Shown piece by piece: positions 9,485-19,626 of a stretch of 64,000 nucleotides of DNA. The translations under genes were made by a program, and so were the position numbers. How positions within the stretch are numbered: the stretch's first letter is position 1; every line of letters begins with the position of its first letter. Origin of the DNA: Bacteroidales bacterium (GTDB lineage: Bacteria; Bacteroidota; Bacteroidia; Bacteroidales; NBLH01); contig JAXLTR010000011.1 in the NCBI GenBank assembly GCA_046329965.1, positions 142,418-206,417 of the forward strand. Reading direction: 5' to 3'. The notes under the pieces are model-generated. The model made no database searches and had not been told where the DNA came from. It worked only from the letters and a program-made list of their open reading frames with translations.

Positions 9485-10258
9485 CTACAGATTCCATTTT
9501 ATTTTTTGCTCTTCAAAATATTCCATTTCAAGTATTCGTATAGATTTACCATCTAATTCAATTATTCTTTGCTTATCAAGCTCACTTAAAACCCTGATAG
9601 TTGTCTCATAGGTGATAACAGCTATATTGGCGATATCTTTTCTGGATAATGTAAATTTCAATCTCATATTATCTAAGGGATCAAATCCAAAAGTCTCTAT
9701 AATGGTATTTAAAGCGTAGATAATTTTATCCCTTGCCTGCATTTTTGGAAAATTCTTGGCCCTATTCTCAACTTTTTTTAATTTGCTGGAAAGTAAATCA
9801 ATGATGAAAAATGTTAAATCGATATTCGATTTTATTGCAAGATTAAATATCTCAAGCGGGAAAAAGGTAATTTCGCATTCACTAAGTGTTCTTGCTGAAA
9901 CAGAATAAATCGATTTGGAACTACCAAGCCCTCTATATCCTAATATTTGCCCACCGGTTACCAAATCTACAATCCGTTCGGTTTTTTCATCGGGTTCAAA
10001 TACCTTAATATAGCCTGAATAAACCGAATAAATACCATTTACATCCTGTCCTTTTGTAAATATCTCTTCGCCTGCAGGAAGGATAAAGGTGGTTTTCTCT
10101 TTTGTTAAAAAAGCTTTCCACTCCAAGGAGCAGTATTTATTTATAAAGCAATTTTTTCTCTCACAATTGCTGCATGCCCGTTTTGCTTTTTCCGATTCTA
10201 TAAACTTTATCAAAATCTTTCTTTTTTTATAACATTTTTCGTTCGAAACAACTCTCAA
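9485..10258 (-). CDS. Crp/Fnr-family regulator with N-terminal Cys cluster (Fnr-like)
   Basis: 257 aa, with a TTG start as drawn, so the start is uncertain. It has the N-terminal 'ACSNCERKNCFINKYC', a cNMP-binding-like beta-roll and a C-terminal HTH 'SRKDIANIAVITYETTIRVLSEL'. Confidence 0.8.
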   Translation of the reverse strand: MRVVSNEKCYKKRKILIKFIESEKAKRACSNCERKNCFINKYCSLEWKAFLTKEKTTFILPAGEEIFTKGQDVNGIYSVYSGYIKVFEPDEKTERIVDLVTGGQILGYRGLGSSKSIYSVSARTLSECEITFFPLEIFNLAIKSNIDLTFFIIDLLSSKLKKVENRAKNFPKMQARDKIIYALNTIIETFGFDPLDNMRLKFTLSRKDIANIAVITYETTIRVLSELDKQRIIELDGKSIRILEMEYFEEQKIKWNL

Positions 10259-10302
10259 AGATGATTATTTTTATGATTTCAACCAAATAAATTTTTATAT
10301 TA

Positions 10303-10320
10303 ATATGATTCCTGTCATAT
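10303..10320. promoter_or_regulatory. Palindrome ATATGA-N6-TCATAT, distal copy, in the fnr-like/nar divergent region
   Basis: ATATGA (10303-10308), ttcctg, TCATAT (10315-10320), with exact dyad symmetry. The spacing is as in CRP-type 5-6-5 sites. Confidence 0.45.
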
Positions 10321-10452
10321 AAATACATTTTATTTTTAATTTTAAACTCCGTTCATTATTTATTATTTAAATAATTAATGTATTAAATACTACATATTCA
10401 ATATTATATTGTAAATATATTTTGAAATGTTAATGTTTATTAAAAATAATAA

Positions 10453-10493
10453 ATATGACCTGTATCATATAATAAAATATTTTCATACATTTG
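10453..10493 (+). promoter_or_regulatory. Proximal ATATGA-N6-TCATAT palindrome plus TAnnTTTG -7 box of the nar operon promoter
   Basis: ATATGA (10453-10458), cctgta, TCATAT (10465-10470). TACATTTG is at 10486-10493. The first nar-operon ATG is at 10521. The palindrome centre is roughly 40 bp upstream of the inferred start site. Confidence 0.5.
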
Positions 10494-10520
10494 TCTCATT
10501 AATTTTAAAATGATAAAACT

Positions 10521-11354
10521 ATGGGTCAAAATTTGAGATGTGGTAGATTATTTTTACTAATTTTCTTTGCCTTTCTTCATAACTATTCTCTTTTAAATGC
10601 CCAGAATGGGGAATCATCCTATAATAAAATATGCGCTGCCTGCCACACTATTGGGAAAGGTAAATTAATTGGCCCTGATTTAAAAGATGTTTCGAAAAGA
10701 AGAAACCCTGAGTGGCTTGTAAATTTTATCAGATCATCGCAAGACGTAATAAAAAGCAATGATTCCTATGCAATTGCTCTTTTTGAAGAATATAATAAAA
10801 TTCCAATGCCTGATGTCAATTTATCAGATGCTGAAATAAAACAGCTAATCTCTTATATAGATGAGCAAAGTACAAAAGTGATTACAGGTGCAGAAAGCAA
10901 GACGGATTCTATTGAATTAGTAAATGGAAATATCGAATCTGGACGCTCATTATTTATTGGAGAAAGAAGATTCAAAAATGGAGGTTCTGCTTGCATAAGT
11001 TGCCATACAATTGATGATTCTGATGTTTTATATGGTGGTAAATTGGCAAAGAATCTTACCGCTTCGTATGGAGTTTTGAAAAGTGCTGGAATCGGCTCAG
11101 TTTTAAAGTCACTTACTTTTCCGGCCATGACCAATACATATGGAAATAAGAATCTTACAGATACAGAAATTTCAGATTTAACAGCTTATCTAAAACACAC
11201 CGGCGAAAATAAATATATTGGAGTTTCTCAAAGTTTCGACCAGATGTTTTTCTTGTTTGGTTTGTTGTTTTTTATTGCCTTGCTGTATTTCTTTCATATT
11301 TTCTGGAAAAATAAAAAACCGGACTCAGTTAAAGAACATATTTATAGCAGATAA
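10521..11354 (+). CDS. Membrane-anchored periplasmic dihaem c-type cytochrome (NarC-like)
   Basis: 277 aa. It has a signal peptide, two CXXCH motifs (CAACH, CISCH) and a C-terminal TM helix 'MFFLFGLLFFIALLYFFHIFW'. It is the first gene of the nar operon, as narC is in Thermus. Confidence 0.7.
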   Translation: MGQNLRCGRLFLLIFFAFLHNYSLLNAQNGESSYNKICAACHTIGKGKLIGPDLKDVSKRRNPEWLVNFIRSSQDVIKSNDSYAIALFEEYNKIPMPDVNLSDAEIKQLISYIDEQSTKVITGAESKTDSIELVNGNIESGRSLFIGERRFKNGGSACISCHTIDDSDVLYGGKLAKNLTASYGVLKSAGIGSVLKSLTFPAMTNTYGNKNLTDTEISDLTAYLKHTGENKYIGVSQSFDQMFFLFGLLFFIALLYFFHIFWKNKKPDSVKEHIYSR

Positions 11355-11480
11355 TGGTTTCTGAAATTACATTTTTTTCAATCAATAGATTGGCTAAAGA
11401 TATAGATATCCGCCTAATATAAAATGTATTAAAAACTTTCTATAAGATAAAATGATTTAAAATTTATAAAAACACAATAA

Positions 11481-14400
11481 ATGAGTTGGATAGAGGACTT
11501 AATTTCACCGAAAACCAGAAAATGGGAAGAGTTTTACCGCAATCGGCATCAGCATGATAAAACTATTAGAAGTACCCACGGTGTTAATTGTACTGGAGGG
11601 TGTTCATGGAACATCCACATTAAAGATGGTATAGTTGTTTGGGAAACTCAAGCTATTGATTATCCCGAACTTGAAAATTCTTTACCTCCATACGAGCCCC
11701 GTGGTTGCCAGCGGGGAATTTCTTTTTCATGGTACTTATATAGTCCAATCAGGGTTAAATATCCTTTGATGAGGGGTGCTTTAATAGATTTATTTAAAGC
11801 AGAAAAAGCAATGACAAATGATCCTGTAAAAGCATGGGAAAATATACAGACAGATCCTTCCAAAAGAAAAAAATATCAAAAAGCCCGCGGTAAAGGTGGA
11901 TTTAGAAGGGTTCAATGGGTCGAAGCCCTTGAGTTGATTGCTGCAGCAAATATTTACACTGTAAAAAAATATGGTTCTGACAGAATAACAGGGTTTTCAC
12001 CTATTCCTGCCATGTCTATGATAAGTTATGCAGCAGGTTCTAGATTTTTGCAATTAATGGGTGGTGTTAATTTAAGTTTTTATGATTGGTATTGCGATTT
12101 ACCACCCTCCTTTCCAGAAATTTGGGGTGAGCAAACTGATGTTGCTGAAAGTGCTGATTGGTACAATGCCAAGTTTATAGCATGCATGGGTGCAAATTTG
12201 GGAATGACCAGGACACCAGACGTACACTTCTTTTCCGAATCGAGGCATAATGGTACAAAAACCGTTGTTTTTTCACCTGATTTTAGTATGGTTGCCAAGT
12301 ATGCAGACAATTGGATTCCCTTGCATGCCGGTCAAGATGGGGCATTTTGGATGGCCGTAACCCATGTTGTTTTAAAAGAATATCATTTCATTAAAAAAAC
12401 GCCTTATTTTATCAATTATGTGAAGAAATATACCGATAGCCCATTTTTGGTTGAATTAGTTAATGAAAATGGAAAGTATGTTCCTGGTAAGATGCTAAGA
12501 GCGAATAGAATTTCAAAATATAAAGAAATTGAAAACGGCGATTGGAAATTCCTGAACATTGATGAAGAAAGCGGAAATTTCGTTTGCCCAGGTGGAAGTT
12601 CTGGCCACCGTTGGGATAAAAAAGACGGAAATTGGAACATGAAATTTGAAGATGCCGAAGATGGAACTAAATATGAACCCCTATTGAGCCTAATTGATAA
12701 AAGTGATGATGTTTATCAGGTAGAATTTATCGAATTTGGATTAGGAGTTAAGGCTACAAGGGGTGTTCCTGTAAAATATGTTGAGACCCTTGAAGGAAAA
12801 GTGGTGGTTACCACGGTTTATGACCTGATAATGGGTCAATATGGGATTAATAGAAATTTGGAAGGTGAATATCCCGATTCATATGATGATAAGAACGCAG
12901 CATACACACCTGCATGGCAGGAAATTTTTACAGGGATAGGATCAAATACAGTATTACAGTTTGCCAAAGAGTGGGCAAGAACAGCTGAAGCAACCAATGG
13001 AAAATGTATGATTATTATTGGTGCAGGAATTAACCATTGGTACCATAATAATCTTATTTACAGGGCAGGAACCATGGCCTTGATGCTGACCGGATGTATT
13101 GGCGTAAATGGAGGTGGGATGAACCACTACGTTGGTCAGGAAAAACTTGCACCTATGGATTCATGGGGAGCGATTATGGCCGGAAAAGACTGGCAAAACG
13201 CCATACGCTTGCAACAAGCTCCTATTTGGCATTATATTCATTCAAACCAATGGCGGTATGATGGAAACCAATCCGACTATAATACGATTCCCAAAAATGA
13301 ATTATCTCAACAACATTCGGCTGATTTAATTGTTAAATCGGTAAGAAATGGTTGGATGCCTTTTTATCCGCAGTACACCAAAACCAATTTTGAAATAGTC
13401 AAAGAGGCCGAAACAGCTGGGGCAACATCGGAGGATGCTATAAAGAAATATGTTGTTGAGAAATTGAAATCAAAAGAGCTGAACTATGCAGTTGCCGATC
13501 CGGATAACGAGATGAGTTTTCCAAGGCTGTGGTATATTTGGCGTGGTAATGCATTGTCTTCGAGCGCAAAAGGGCACGAATATTTCCTGAAACATTATTT
13601 GGGAACTCATCATAACGATATGGCAAGCGAAGAAGCTGGAAAACATGTTAAAGACATCAACTATAAGCAGGAAAATCCTGAAGGCAAAATGGATTTGATA
13701 GTTGATCTGAACTTTAGGATGGATACGTCAGCCTTGTATTCAGATATTGTTTTGCCTGCCGCCACCTGGTATGAGAAGGCCGATATCAACAGTACTGATA
13801 TGCACTCATTCATTCATCCCTTATCGGCAGCAATCAATCCTGTTTGGGAATCGAAAAGCGATTGGCAGATTTTCCGCGAAATAGCAAAGGTAACAAGTGA
13901 ATTAGCTAAGGTTCACCTACCTGATCCTATGCGCGATATTGTAAACAGCCCGATTGCCCATGATTCGCCTGGTGAAATTTCGCAATCTGAAATCAAAGAC
14001 TGGATAAATGGTGAATGTGAGGCAATTCCCGGTAAAACCATGCACAACATTTCCGTTGTTGAAAGAGATTTTACTAAAATTTATGAAAAGTTCAATAGCC
14101 TGGGCGAAAATATTAGAAATGGAATAGGTGCTCATGGCAATAGTTATCAGTGTGGTGATTTTTATGATCAATTACTTGAGAGTAAAGATCATTTACAAAA
14201 AGTTGATGGCAAAACTTATCCTTCCATAAAAGAGGACGAAGAGGTAATTAATGCCATCATGCATTTATCAAGCCTGACAAACGGACAGTTAAGCGATAGG
14301 GCATATGCAGGGGCTGAAAAGAGAACCGGTTTAGTCCTCCGTGATATAAATGAAGGCGGTAAAGATATTAAGCTTACCTATAAAGATTTACAGGCTCAGC

Positions 14401-15092
14401 CTCGAAGATACAATAATTCACCTCTATGGTCAGGCTTAATGAATAATGGACGTGCATATTCTGCTTACACCTATAATGTTGAGCGACTGGTCCCCTGGCG
14501 AACTTTAACGGGGCGGCAACATTTTTACCTTGATCATGAAGGATATATTAAATTTGGGGAACATCTGCCAACTTATAAGCCGTCTCCAAAGCCTGAAGTT
14601 TATGGCGAGTTGAAAAATTCTGTTGCTACAGGAAATGCTAAAGTGCTGAATGTGTTAACACCGCATGGTAAATGGCATATCCATTCAACGTATGGAGATA
14701 CATTACGAATGTTGACCCTTTCACGGGGAACTGAACCCTGCTGGCTGAATGAGGAAGATGCTAAAGAAATGGGTATTGAAGACAACGACTACGTTGAAGT
14801 ATTTAATGATAATGGTGTTTATTGTACCCGGGCTGTTGTAAGTGTAAGAATTCCAAAAGGAGTTTGCATAGTTTATCACGCACCCGAAAGGACTTACCAG
14901 ATGGCCAAATCACAAGTTAGAGGAAATCGCAGGGGGGGAACCCATAATAGTCTTACACGTATTCACCTTAAACCAAACTTGCTGATTGGTGGTTATGGCC
15001 AGTTTACCTATCATTTTAATTATTGGGGTCCTGTGGGAGTTAACAGGGATTCGCACGTAATAGTTCAAAAAATGGAAAAAGTAGTTTTTTAA
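11481..15092 (+). CDS. narG: Respiratory nitrate reductase alpha subunit
   Basis: 1203 aa. '[25 protein letters not shown]' carries the H-x3-C-x3-C FS0 motif. No twin-arginine signal is present, so it is the cytoplasm-facing type. It is followed by narH/J/I. Confidence 0.97.
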   Translation: MSWIEDLISPKTRKWEEFYRNRHQHDKTIRSTHGVNCTGGCSWNIHIKDGIVVWETQAIDYPELENSLPPYEPRGCQRGISFSWYLYSPIRVKYPLMRGALIDLFKAEKAMTNDPVKAWENIQTDPSKRKKYQKARGKGGFRRVQWVEALELIAAANIYTVKKYGSDRITGFSPIPAMSMISYAAGSRFLQLMGGVNLSFYDWYCDLPPSFPEIWGEQTDVAESADWYNAKFIACMGANLGMTRTPDVHFFSESRHNGTKTVVFSPDFSMVAKYADNWIPLHAGQDGAFWMAVTHVVLKEYHFIKKTPYFINYVKKYTDSPFLVELVNENGKYVPGKMLRANRISKYKEIENGDWKFLNIDEESGNFVCPGGSSGHRWDKKDGNWNMKFEDAEDGTKYEPLLSLIDKSDDVYQVEFIEFGLGVKATRGVPVKYVETLEGKVVVTTVYDLIMGQYGINRNLEGEYPDSYDDKNAAYTPAWQEIFTGIGSNTVLQFAKEWARTAEATNGKCMIIIGAGINHWYHNNLIYRAGTMALMLTGCIGVNGGGMNHYVGQEKLAPMDSWGAIMAGKDWQNAIRLQQAPIWHYIHSNQWRYDGNQSDYNTIPKNELSQQHSADLIVKSVRNGWMPFYPQYTKTNFEIVKEAETAGATSEDAIKKYVVEKLKSKELNYAVADPDNEMSFPRLWYIWRGNALSSSAKGHEYFLKHYLGTHHNDMASEEAGKHVKDINYKQENPEGKMDLIVDLNFRMDTSALYSDIVLPAATWYEKADINSTDMHSFIHPLSAAINPVWESKSDWQIFREIAKVTSELAKVHLPDPMRDIVNSPIAHDSPGEISQSEIKDWINGECEAIPGKTMHNISVVERDFTKIYEKFNSLGENIRNGIGAHGNSYQCGDFYDQLLESKDHLQKVDGKTYPSIKEDEEVINAIMHLSSLTNGQLSDRAYAGAEKRTGLVLRDINEGGKDIKLTYKDLQAQPRRYNNSPLWSGLMNNGRAYSAYTYNVERLVPWRTLTGRQHFYLDHEGYIKFGEHLPTYKPSPKPEVYGELKNSVATGNAKVLNVLTPHGKWHIHSTYGDTLRMLTLSRGTEPCWLNEEDAKEMGIEDNDYVEVFNDNGVYCTRAVVSVRIPKGVCIVYHAPERTYQMAKSQVRGNRRGGTHNSLTRIHLKPNLLIGGYGQFTYHFNYWGPVGVNRDSHVIVQKMEKVVF

Positions 15093-15125
15093 GATAAATA
15101 GATAACATAAAATATCATATTCAAA

Positions 15126-16616
15126 ATGGATGTAAGATCTCAAATATCAATGGTGTTTCACCTGGATAAATGTATAGGTTGTCACACTTGTTCAATAGCA
15201 TGTAAAAATCTTTGGACAGACAGAAAGGGTGCCGAATACATGTGGTGGAACAATGTTGAAACAAAGCCAGGAACTGGATATCCTACCAAATGGGAAGATC
15301 AGGGTATTTATAAAGGAGGATGGGATAAAGCAGAGAATTCTGTAAAATTAAAAGGCTCTGGAAAACTCAAAGGATTAAATAATCTTTTCCACAATCCAAG
15401 AATGCCGGTGCTGGAAGATTATTACGAACCCTGGACATATAAATACGACAATTTGTTTGAAGCTCCTGAAGGAGATGATCAACCTATTGCCAGAACTATA
15501 TCGCTGATAACCGGCGAAGATATTGATGTTAAAGCCGGACCAAACTGGGACGACGATTTGGGAGGCTCTCCGGATTATGCACGAAAAGATGTTAATCTAC
15601 AGTCACTTACAAAAGCCGAACAGCAAGCAATGTTTCAGCTTGAAAGAATGGTCATGTTTTATCTGCCAAGGATATGCAATCATTGTTTAAATCCTGCATG
15701 CGTGGCTGCTTGTCCTTCGGGCGCTCTGTACAAAAGAGGCGAAGATGGGATTGTACTTTTAAACCAGAAAAAATGCAGGGCATGGCGAATGTGCGTCAGT
15801 TCTTGTCCGTATAAAAAAAGCTATTACAATTGGAATAATGGTAAATCTGAAAAATGTATATTGTGCTACCCCAGGCTTGAAACAGGCCAGGCACCTGCAT
15901 GTATGCATACTTGTGTGGGTAGGATAAGGTATTTGGGAGTTATGTTGTATGATGCCGCTAAAATTGAGGCTACTGCTTCTTGTAACGAGAATGAATTGGT
16001 TGAAAAACAATTAGATATATATCTGGATCCGTTTGATAAGGAGGTAATAAAAGCCGCCAAAGAAAACGGTATTGCTGATTCAACTATTGATGCGGCACAA
16101 AAATCACCAGTCTACAAGTTTGTAAAAAAATGGAAGATAGCATTGCCTCTGCACCCCGAATTTAGAACACTGCCCAATTTGTTTTATGTACCACCATTAT
16201 TGCCATCAATGGGAAGTAGCGATGGTGAAACTTATGAAAGCATAACTGAATCGTTATGGGGAAGAGCTGAAGATACGAGGATTCCGATAAAATATCTGGC
16301 AAGCTTGTTCACTGCCGGTGATACTGAAAAAGTGAAGGAAGTGCTTAGAAAACTGATGGCAGTAAGATATCATAGGCGAAAAGTAACTGTAAATGACCTG
16401 GAAGAATCTGAAGTGGCAGGCATAATGGAAAAAACAGGTTTGGATGACGAAACTGCCGATGCAATTTTTAGATTAACTTCCCTGGTAAAGTTTAATGAAC
16501 GATTTGTTATCCCCGCGGCTCATAGAGAAGAAGCAATGGAGTTACTTGAAAGTACAGGTGATGTTAAGGGGAACACCGGCTTTGGATTTCTGGAGAAACC
16601 AGAAAGAGGCTTGTGA
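15126..16616 (+). CDS. narH: Respiratory nitrate reductase beta subunit
   Basis: 496 aa. 'RSQISMVFHLDKCIGCHTCSIACKN' plus further ferredoxin-type Cys groups (CNHCLNPACVAAC, CRAWRMCVSSC, CILCYPR). Confidence 0.97.
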   Translation: MDVRSQISMVFHLDKCIGCHTCSIACKNLWTDRKGAEYMWWNNVETKPGTGYPTKWEDQGIYKGGWDKAENSVKLKGSGKLKGLNNLFHNPRMPVLEDYYEPWTYKYDNLFEAPEGDDQPIARTISLITGEDIDVKAGPNWDDDLGGSPDYARKDVNLQSLTKAEQQAMFQLERMVMFYLPRICNHCLNPACVAACPSGALYKRGEDGIVLLNQKKCRAWRMCVSSCPYKKSYYNWNNGKSEKCILCYPRLETGQAPACMHTCVGRIRYLGVMLYDAAKIEATASCNENELVEKQLDIYLDPFDKEVIKAAKENGIADSTIDAAQKSPVYKFVKKWKIALPLHPEFRTLPNLFYVPPLLPSMGSSDGETYESITESLWGRAEDTRIPIKYLASLFTAGDTEKVKEVLRKLMAVRYHRRKVTVNDLEESEVAGIMEKTGLDDETADAIFRLTSLVKFNERFVIPAAHREEAMELLESTGDVKGNTGFGFLEKPERGL

Positions 16617-16687
16617 GTAAAATTTAGCTACAACCTTTGTGTAGTATAACAATTAATTGATTTAAAAACCAATTTAATAAAAAAATA

Positions 16688-17284
16688 ATGCATAATTATT
16701 CAATATTGGGTGAATTATTTAGATATCCTGATAAATCAACAACTACAAAACTTTTTGAATTAAAAAAAATTATTGCGGTTGATTATCCTGAATGCCTTGA
16801 TTTGATTATGTCATTTATTGATTATCAAAACAATAAAAGCCTTGATGAACAAAGGGAATACTACATAAAGACCTTTGATGTACAAGCTTCGTGTTATTTG
16901 GATATTGGCTATATTTTATTCGGCGAGGATTATAAAAGGGGAGAATTTCTTGTAAATCTTTCTAATGAGCATAAAAAGGCAGAAAATAATTGCGGTTCAG
17001 AGCTTGCCGACCATTTACCCAATCTGCTAAACTTGATTGATAAAACACAGGATAAAATATTTGTCGAAGAATTGGCATATTGCTTAATGATTCCTGCAAT
17101 TAAAGAAATGTTAAAGACATTTGTTGATAAGGGCAATATTTATAAAACTGCGTTGGAACTTTTGCTAATTATACTTGAAAAAGATTTTGCAGGATTAAAT
17201 TACGAGCAATTTAAAATAATGGCAAATGTAAAAGACTGTTTTGTAAACCAGGACAAAAGAAAATCGCAAATGTGCAGCCATTAA
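16688..17284 (+). CDS. narJ: Nitrate reductase assembly chaperone (NarJ/TorD family)
   Basis: 198 aa. It sits between narH and narI. 'YIKTFD......LDIGYILFGEDYKRGEFL' resembles NarJ. Confidence 0.7.
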   Translation: MHNYSILGELFRYPDKSTTTKLFELKKIIAVDYPECLDLIMSFIDYQNNKSLDEQREYYIKTFDVQASCYLDIGYILFGEDYKRGEFLVNLSNEHKKAENNCGSELADHLPNLLNLIDKTQDKIFVEELAYCLMIPAIKEMLKTFVDKGNIYKTALELLLIILEKDFAGLNYEQFKIMANVKDCFVNQDKRKSQMCSH

Positions 17285-17366
17285 TTGGTCATTTGCGATG
17301 GTATATTTCTCAAAGAAAAAACTATAAAAGAATCTAATAAAATTTCAATAAAAAATAAAATTACCT

Positions 17367-18086
17367 ATGGATACTTTCTTCTTTATTGCATTGCCATATA
17401 GCAGCATTATCATATTGCTGATTGGGTCATTATATAGGTACTATGCGTCACCATTTTCATTTTCTTCATTATCCACTCAGTTTCTTGAGGGTAAAGCATT
17501 GCATTTTGGCATCAGGCCCTTTCATTGGGGCGTAATTTTTTTATTTTTTGGGCATTTAACCGCATTTTTATTCCCATCTGCTGTTTTGGCATGGAACGGT
17601 AAAACAGTTAGGCTTTTAATTATAGAAATAGCTGCCTTTGGATTTGCAATCGCAACATTATATGGAATGTTAATATTGATTGGTCGAAGGCTAACCAATA
17701 AAAGGATTTATATAGTAACATCCAAGATGGACATTATTGTCTATCTGATTTTATTTACACAAGTATTGTCGGGCATGTGGGTTGCTTTTTTTAATAATTG
17801 GGGTTCTGTTTGGTTTGCTACAACCCTTACACCATATTTGAGGTCGTTGTTTACATTATCACCAGATATAAGCGCAATAATAGCTTTACCTCTGAGTGTC
17901 CAGATTCACATAATTTCAGCATTTTGTTTAATATTAATCATACCATTCACCAGATTTGCACATTTTCTTGTTTATCCTTTCAGATATTTATTTCGTAATA
18001 GACAGCGCGTAATATGGAATTGGGATAGAAAATCAATTCGTAAAACTGATTCAATGGTAAATGGGGTCAGGGCAAAAAATAATTGA
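17367..18086 (+). CDS. narI: Respiratory nitrate reductase gamma (dihaem b) subunit
   Basis: 239 aa with five predicted TM helices. The N-terminus 'FFFIALPYSSIIILLIGSLYRY' and 'FHWGVIFLFFGHL' parallel E. coli NarI. Confidence 0.9.
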   Translation: MDTFFFIALPYSSIIILLIGSLYRYYASPFSFSSLSTQFLEGKALHFGIRPFHWGVIFLFFGHLTAFLFPSAVLAWNGKTVRLLIIEIAAFGFAIATLYGMLILIGRRLTNKRIYIVTSKMDIIVYLILFTQVLSGMWVAFFNNWGSVWFATTLTPYLRSLFTLSPDISAIIALPLSVQIHIISAFCLILIIPFTRFAHFLVYPFRYLFRNRQRVIWNWDRKSIRKTDSMVNGVRAKNN

Positions 18087-19599
18087 TAAATTAAACTTTA
18101 CATTTATGCCCGAAAAAGTTTCATTTTTATCGCACAAGGTATTATTTTTAAATACAATAGCCTTTACTGTTTGTTTTGCATGCTGGATGTTAAATGGTGT
18201 TTTGGTTACTTTTCTTGCAGGAAACCAGGTATTCGACTGGGGCCCTGTTGAAATTGGCTGGCTGTTAGGAATTCCGGTACTTACTGGTTCTATTTTCAGA
18301 CTTCCGGCCGGAATGCTTACCGATAAATTTGGAGGAAGGCCCGTTTTTGGTATATTACTGCTTCTCTGTGCTATACCCATGTTTTTTCTTTCTCAGGCCA
18401 ATAGTTTTATAGGTTTTGCATTATGTAGTTTTGGATTTGGATTAACCGGAGTAGGTTTTGCAGTTGGTATAGCTTTTACATCGGTTTGGTATCCGAAAAA
18501 CTGGCAAGGCAGGGCTTTGGGAATTTTTGGAGTTGGAAATGCCGGAGCAGCCGTTACCACCATGTTTGCTCCAACTCTTTTAAAAAATCTTACTAATAAT
18601 GGCGAAAATATTGAAGGCTGGCGTAATTTACCAATTATTTATGCAGTTGCTCTTATCATAATGGGCATCGTTTTTCTGGTTTTCTCTAAAAATAAAAAAC
18701 CACAGGCCAATGGAAAAACAATCAGGCAAATGATGCAGCCTTTAAAGAGCGCCCGTGTTTGGAGGTTTGGATTGTATTACTTCCTTGTTTTCGGATGTTT
18801 TGTGGCCTTTTCGCAATGGCTGGTCCCTTATTTTACTAATGTATATTATCTTCCGCTTGTAACTGCAGGGCTTTTCGCAACAGCTTTCAGTTTACCTTCG
18901 GGTTTAATCCGTGCTATTGGAGGCTGGCTATCCGATATGTTTGGTGGTCGCAAAATAATGTACTGGGTTTTAGGATTATCAATTATCATTTCATTTTTAC
19001 TCATTGTACCAAAAATGGAAATCCGCTCTCCGGGAATGGGTATAAATGCCAGGAATGATGGAAAAGTAACAGAGGTAACTACTGATTATGTGATGGTTGG
19101 AAAAGACAAATATAAACTTCAAAAAAAGAGTGGAAAACTTAATAATGCTGAAACAGAGACACTAATACTTCCGTCAAAAGATGTATGGCAGGAGCCTTTA
19201 GTGCAGGTTGGTGATCAGGTTAAAAGGAAACAGCTAATTGTCAAGGGGAACACAGTTATCTTCTTTCAGGCAAATGTTTGGGTGTTTTTGGTGCTAGTAT
19301 TTCTAATTGGAAGTATCTGGGGCATTGGTAAAGCTGCAGTATACAGGCTTATTCCTGATTATTTCCCAAATGAAGTTGGAGTTGTTGGTGGCATGGTTGG
19401 TGTATTGGGAGGCCTTGGAGGTTTTTTCTGTCCTATTATTTTTGGTTATTTACTTGAAGGTACCGGTCTTTGGACAAGTTGCTGGATGTTTATGTTTTTC
19501 CTTTCGGTAATTTGCTTTATTTGGATGTACAGGGTTGTGCAGAAGTTAAACCGTATTCAAAATCCGAATCCATTATCTACTATAGACGAGATTAAATAA
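18061..19599 (+). CDS. narK: MFS nitrate/nitrite transporter (NarK-like) with a roughly 75-aa soluble insertion
   Basis: 512 aa. 'GGRPVFGILLL' and G-rich MFS motifs are present. The annotated ATG overlaps narI by 26 nt, and an alternative ATG at 18106 is possible. Confidence 0.8.
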   Translation: MGSGQKIIDKLNFTFMPEKVSFLSHKVLFLNTIAFTVCFACWMLNGVLVTFLAGNQVFDWGPVEIGWLLGIPVLTGSIFRLPAGMLTDKFGGRPVFGILLLLCAIPMFFLSQANSFIGFALCSFGFGLTGVGFAVGIAFTSVWYPKNWQGRALGIFGVGNAGAAVTTMFAPTLLKNLTNNGENIEGWRNLPIIYAVALIIMGIVFLVFSKNKKPQANGKTIRQMMQPLKSARVWRFGLYYFLVFGCFVAFSQWLVPYFTNVYYLPLVTAGLFATAFSLPSGLIRAIGGWLSDMFGGRKIMYWVLGLSIIISFLLIVPKMEIRSPGMGINARNDGKVTEVTTDYVMVGKDKYKLQKKSGKLNNAETETLILPSKDVWQEPLVQVGDQVKRKQLIVKGNTVIFFQANVWVFLVLVFLIGSIWGIGKAAVYRLIPDYFPNEVGVVGGMVGVLGGLGGFFCPIIFGYLLEGTGLWTSCWMFMFFLSVICFIWMYRVVQKLNRIQNPNPLSTIDEIK

Positions 19600-19626
19600 G
19601 AAAATCTAACTTAACCTAATTATCAA

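Noticed and set aside
11660-15143. Seven antisense or out-of-frame ORFs (61-84 aa) lie inside narG (for example 11660-11863, 12080-12310, 13917-14171, 14910-15143).
   Set aside because: They are shadow ORFs embedded in a strongly supported 1203-aa gene and have no independent signals.
18061-18086. The 26-nt overlap between narI and the first narK was considered as a sign of a frameshift or fusion.
   Set aside because: - Both proteins are complete on their own.
- An in-frame ATG at 18106 offers a non-overlapping start.
- Short overlaps are common in operons.
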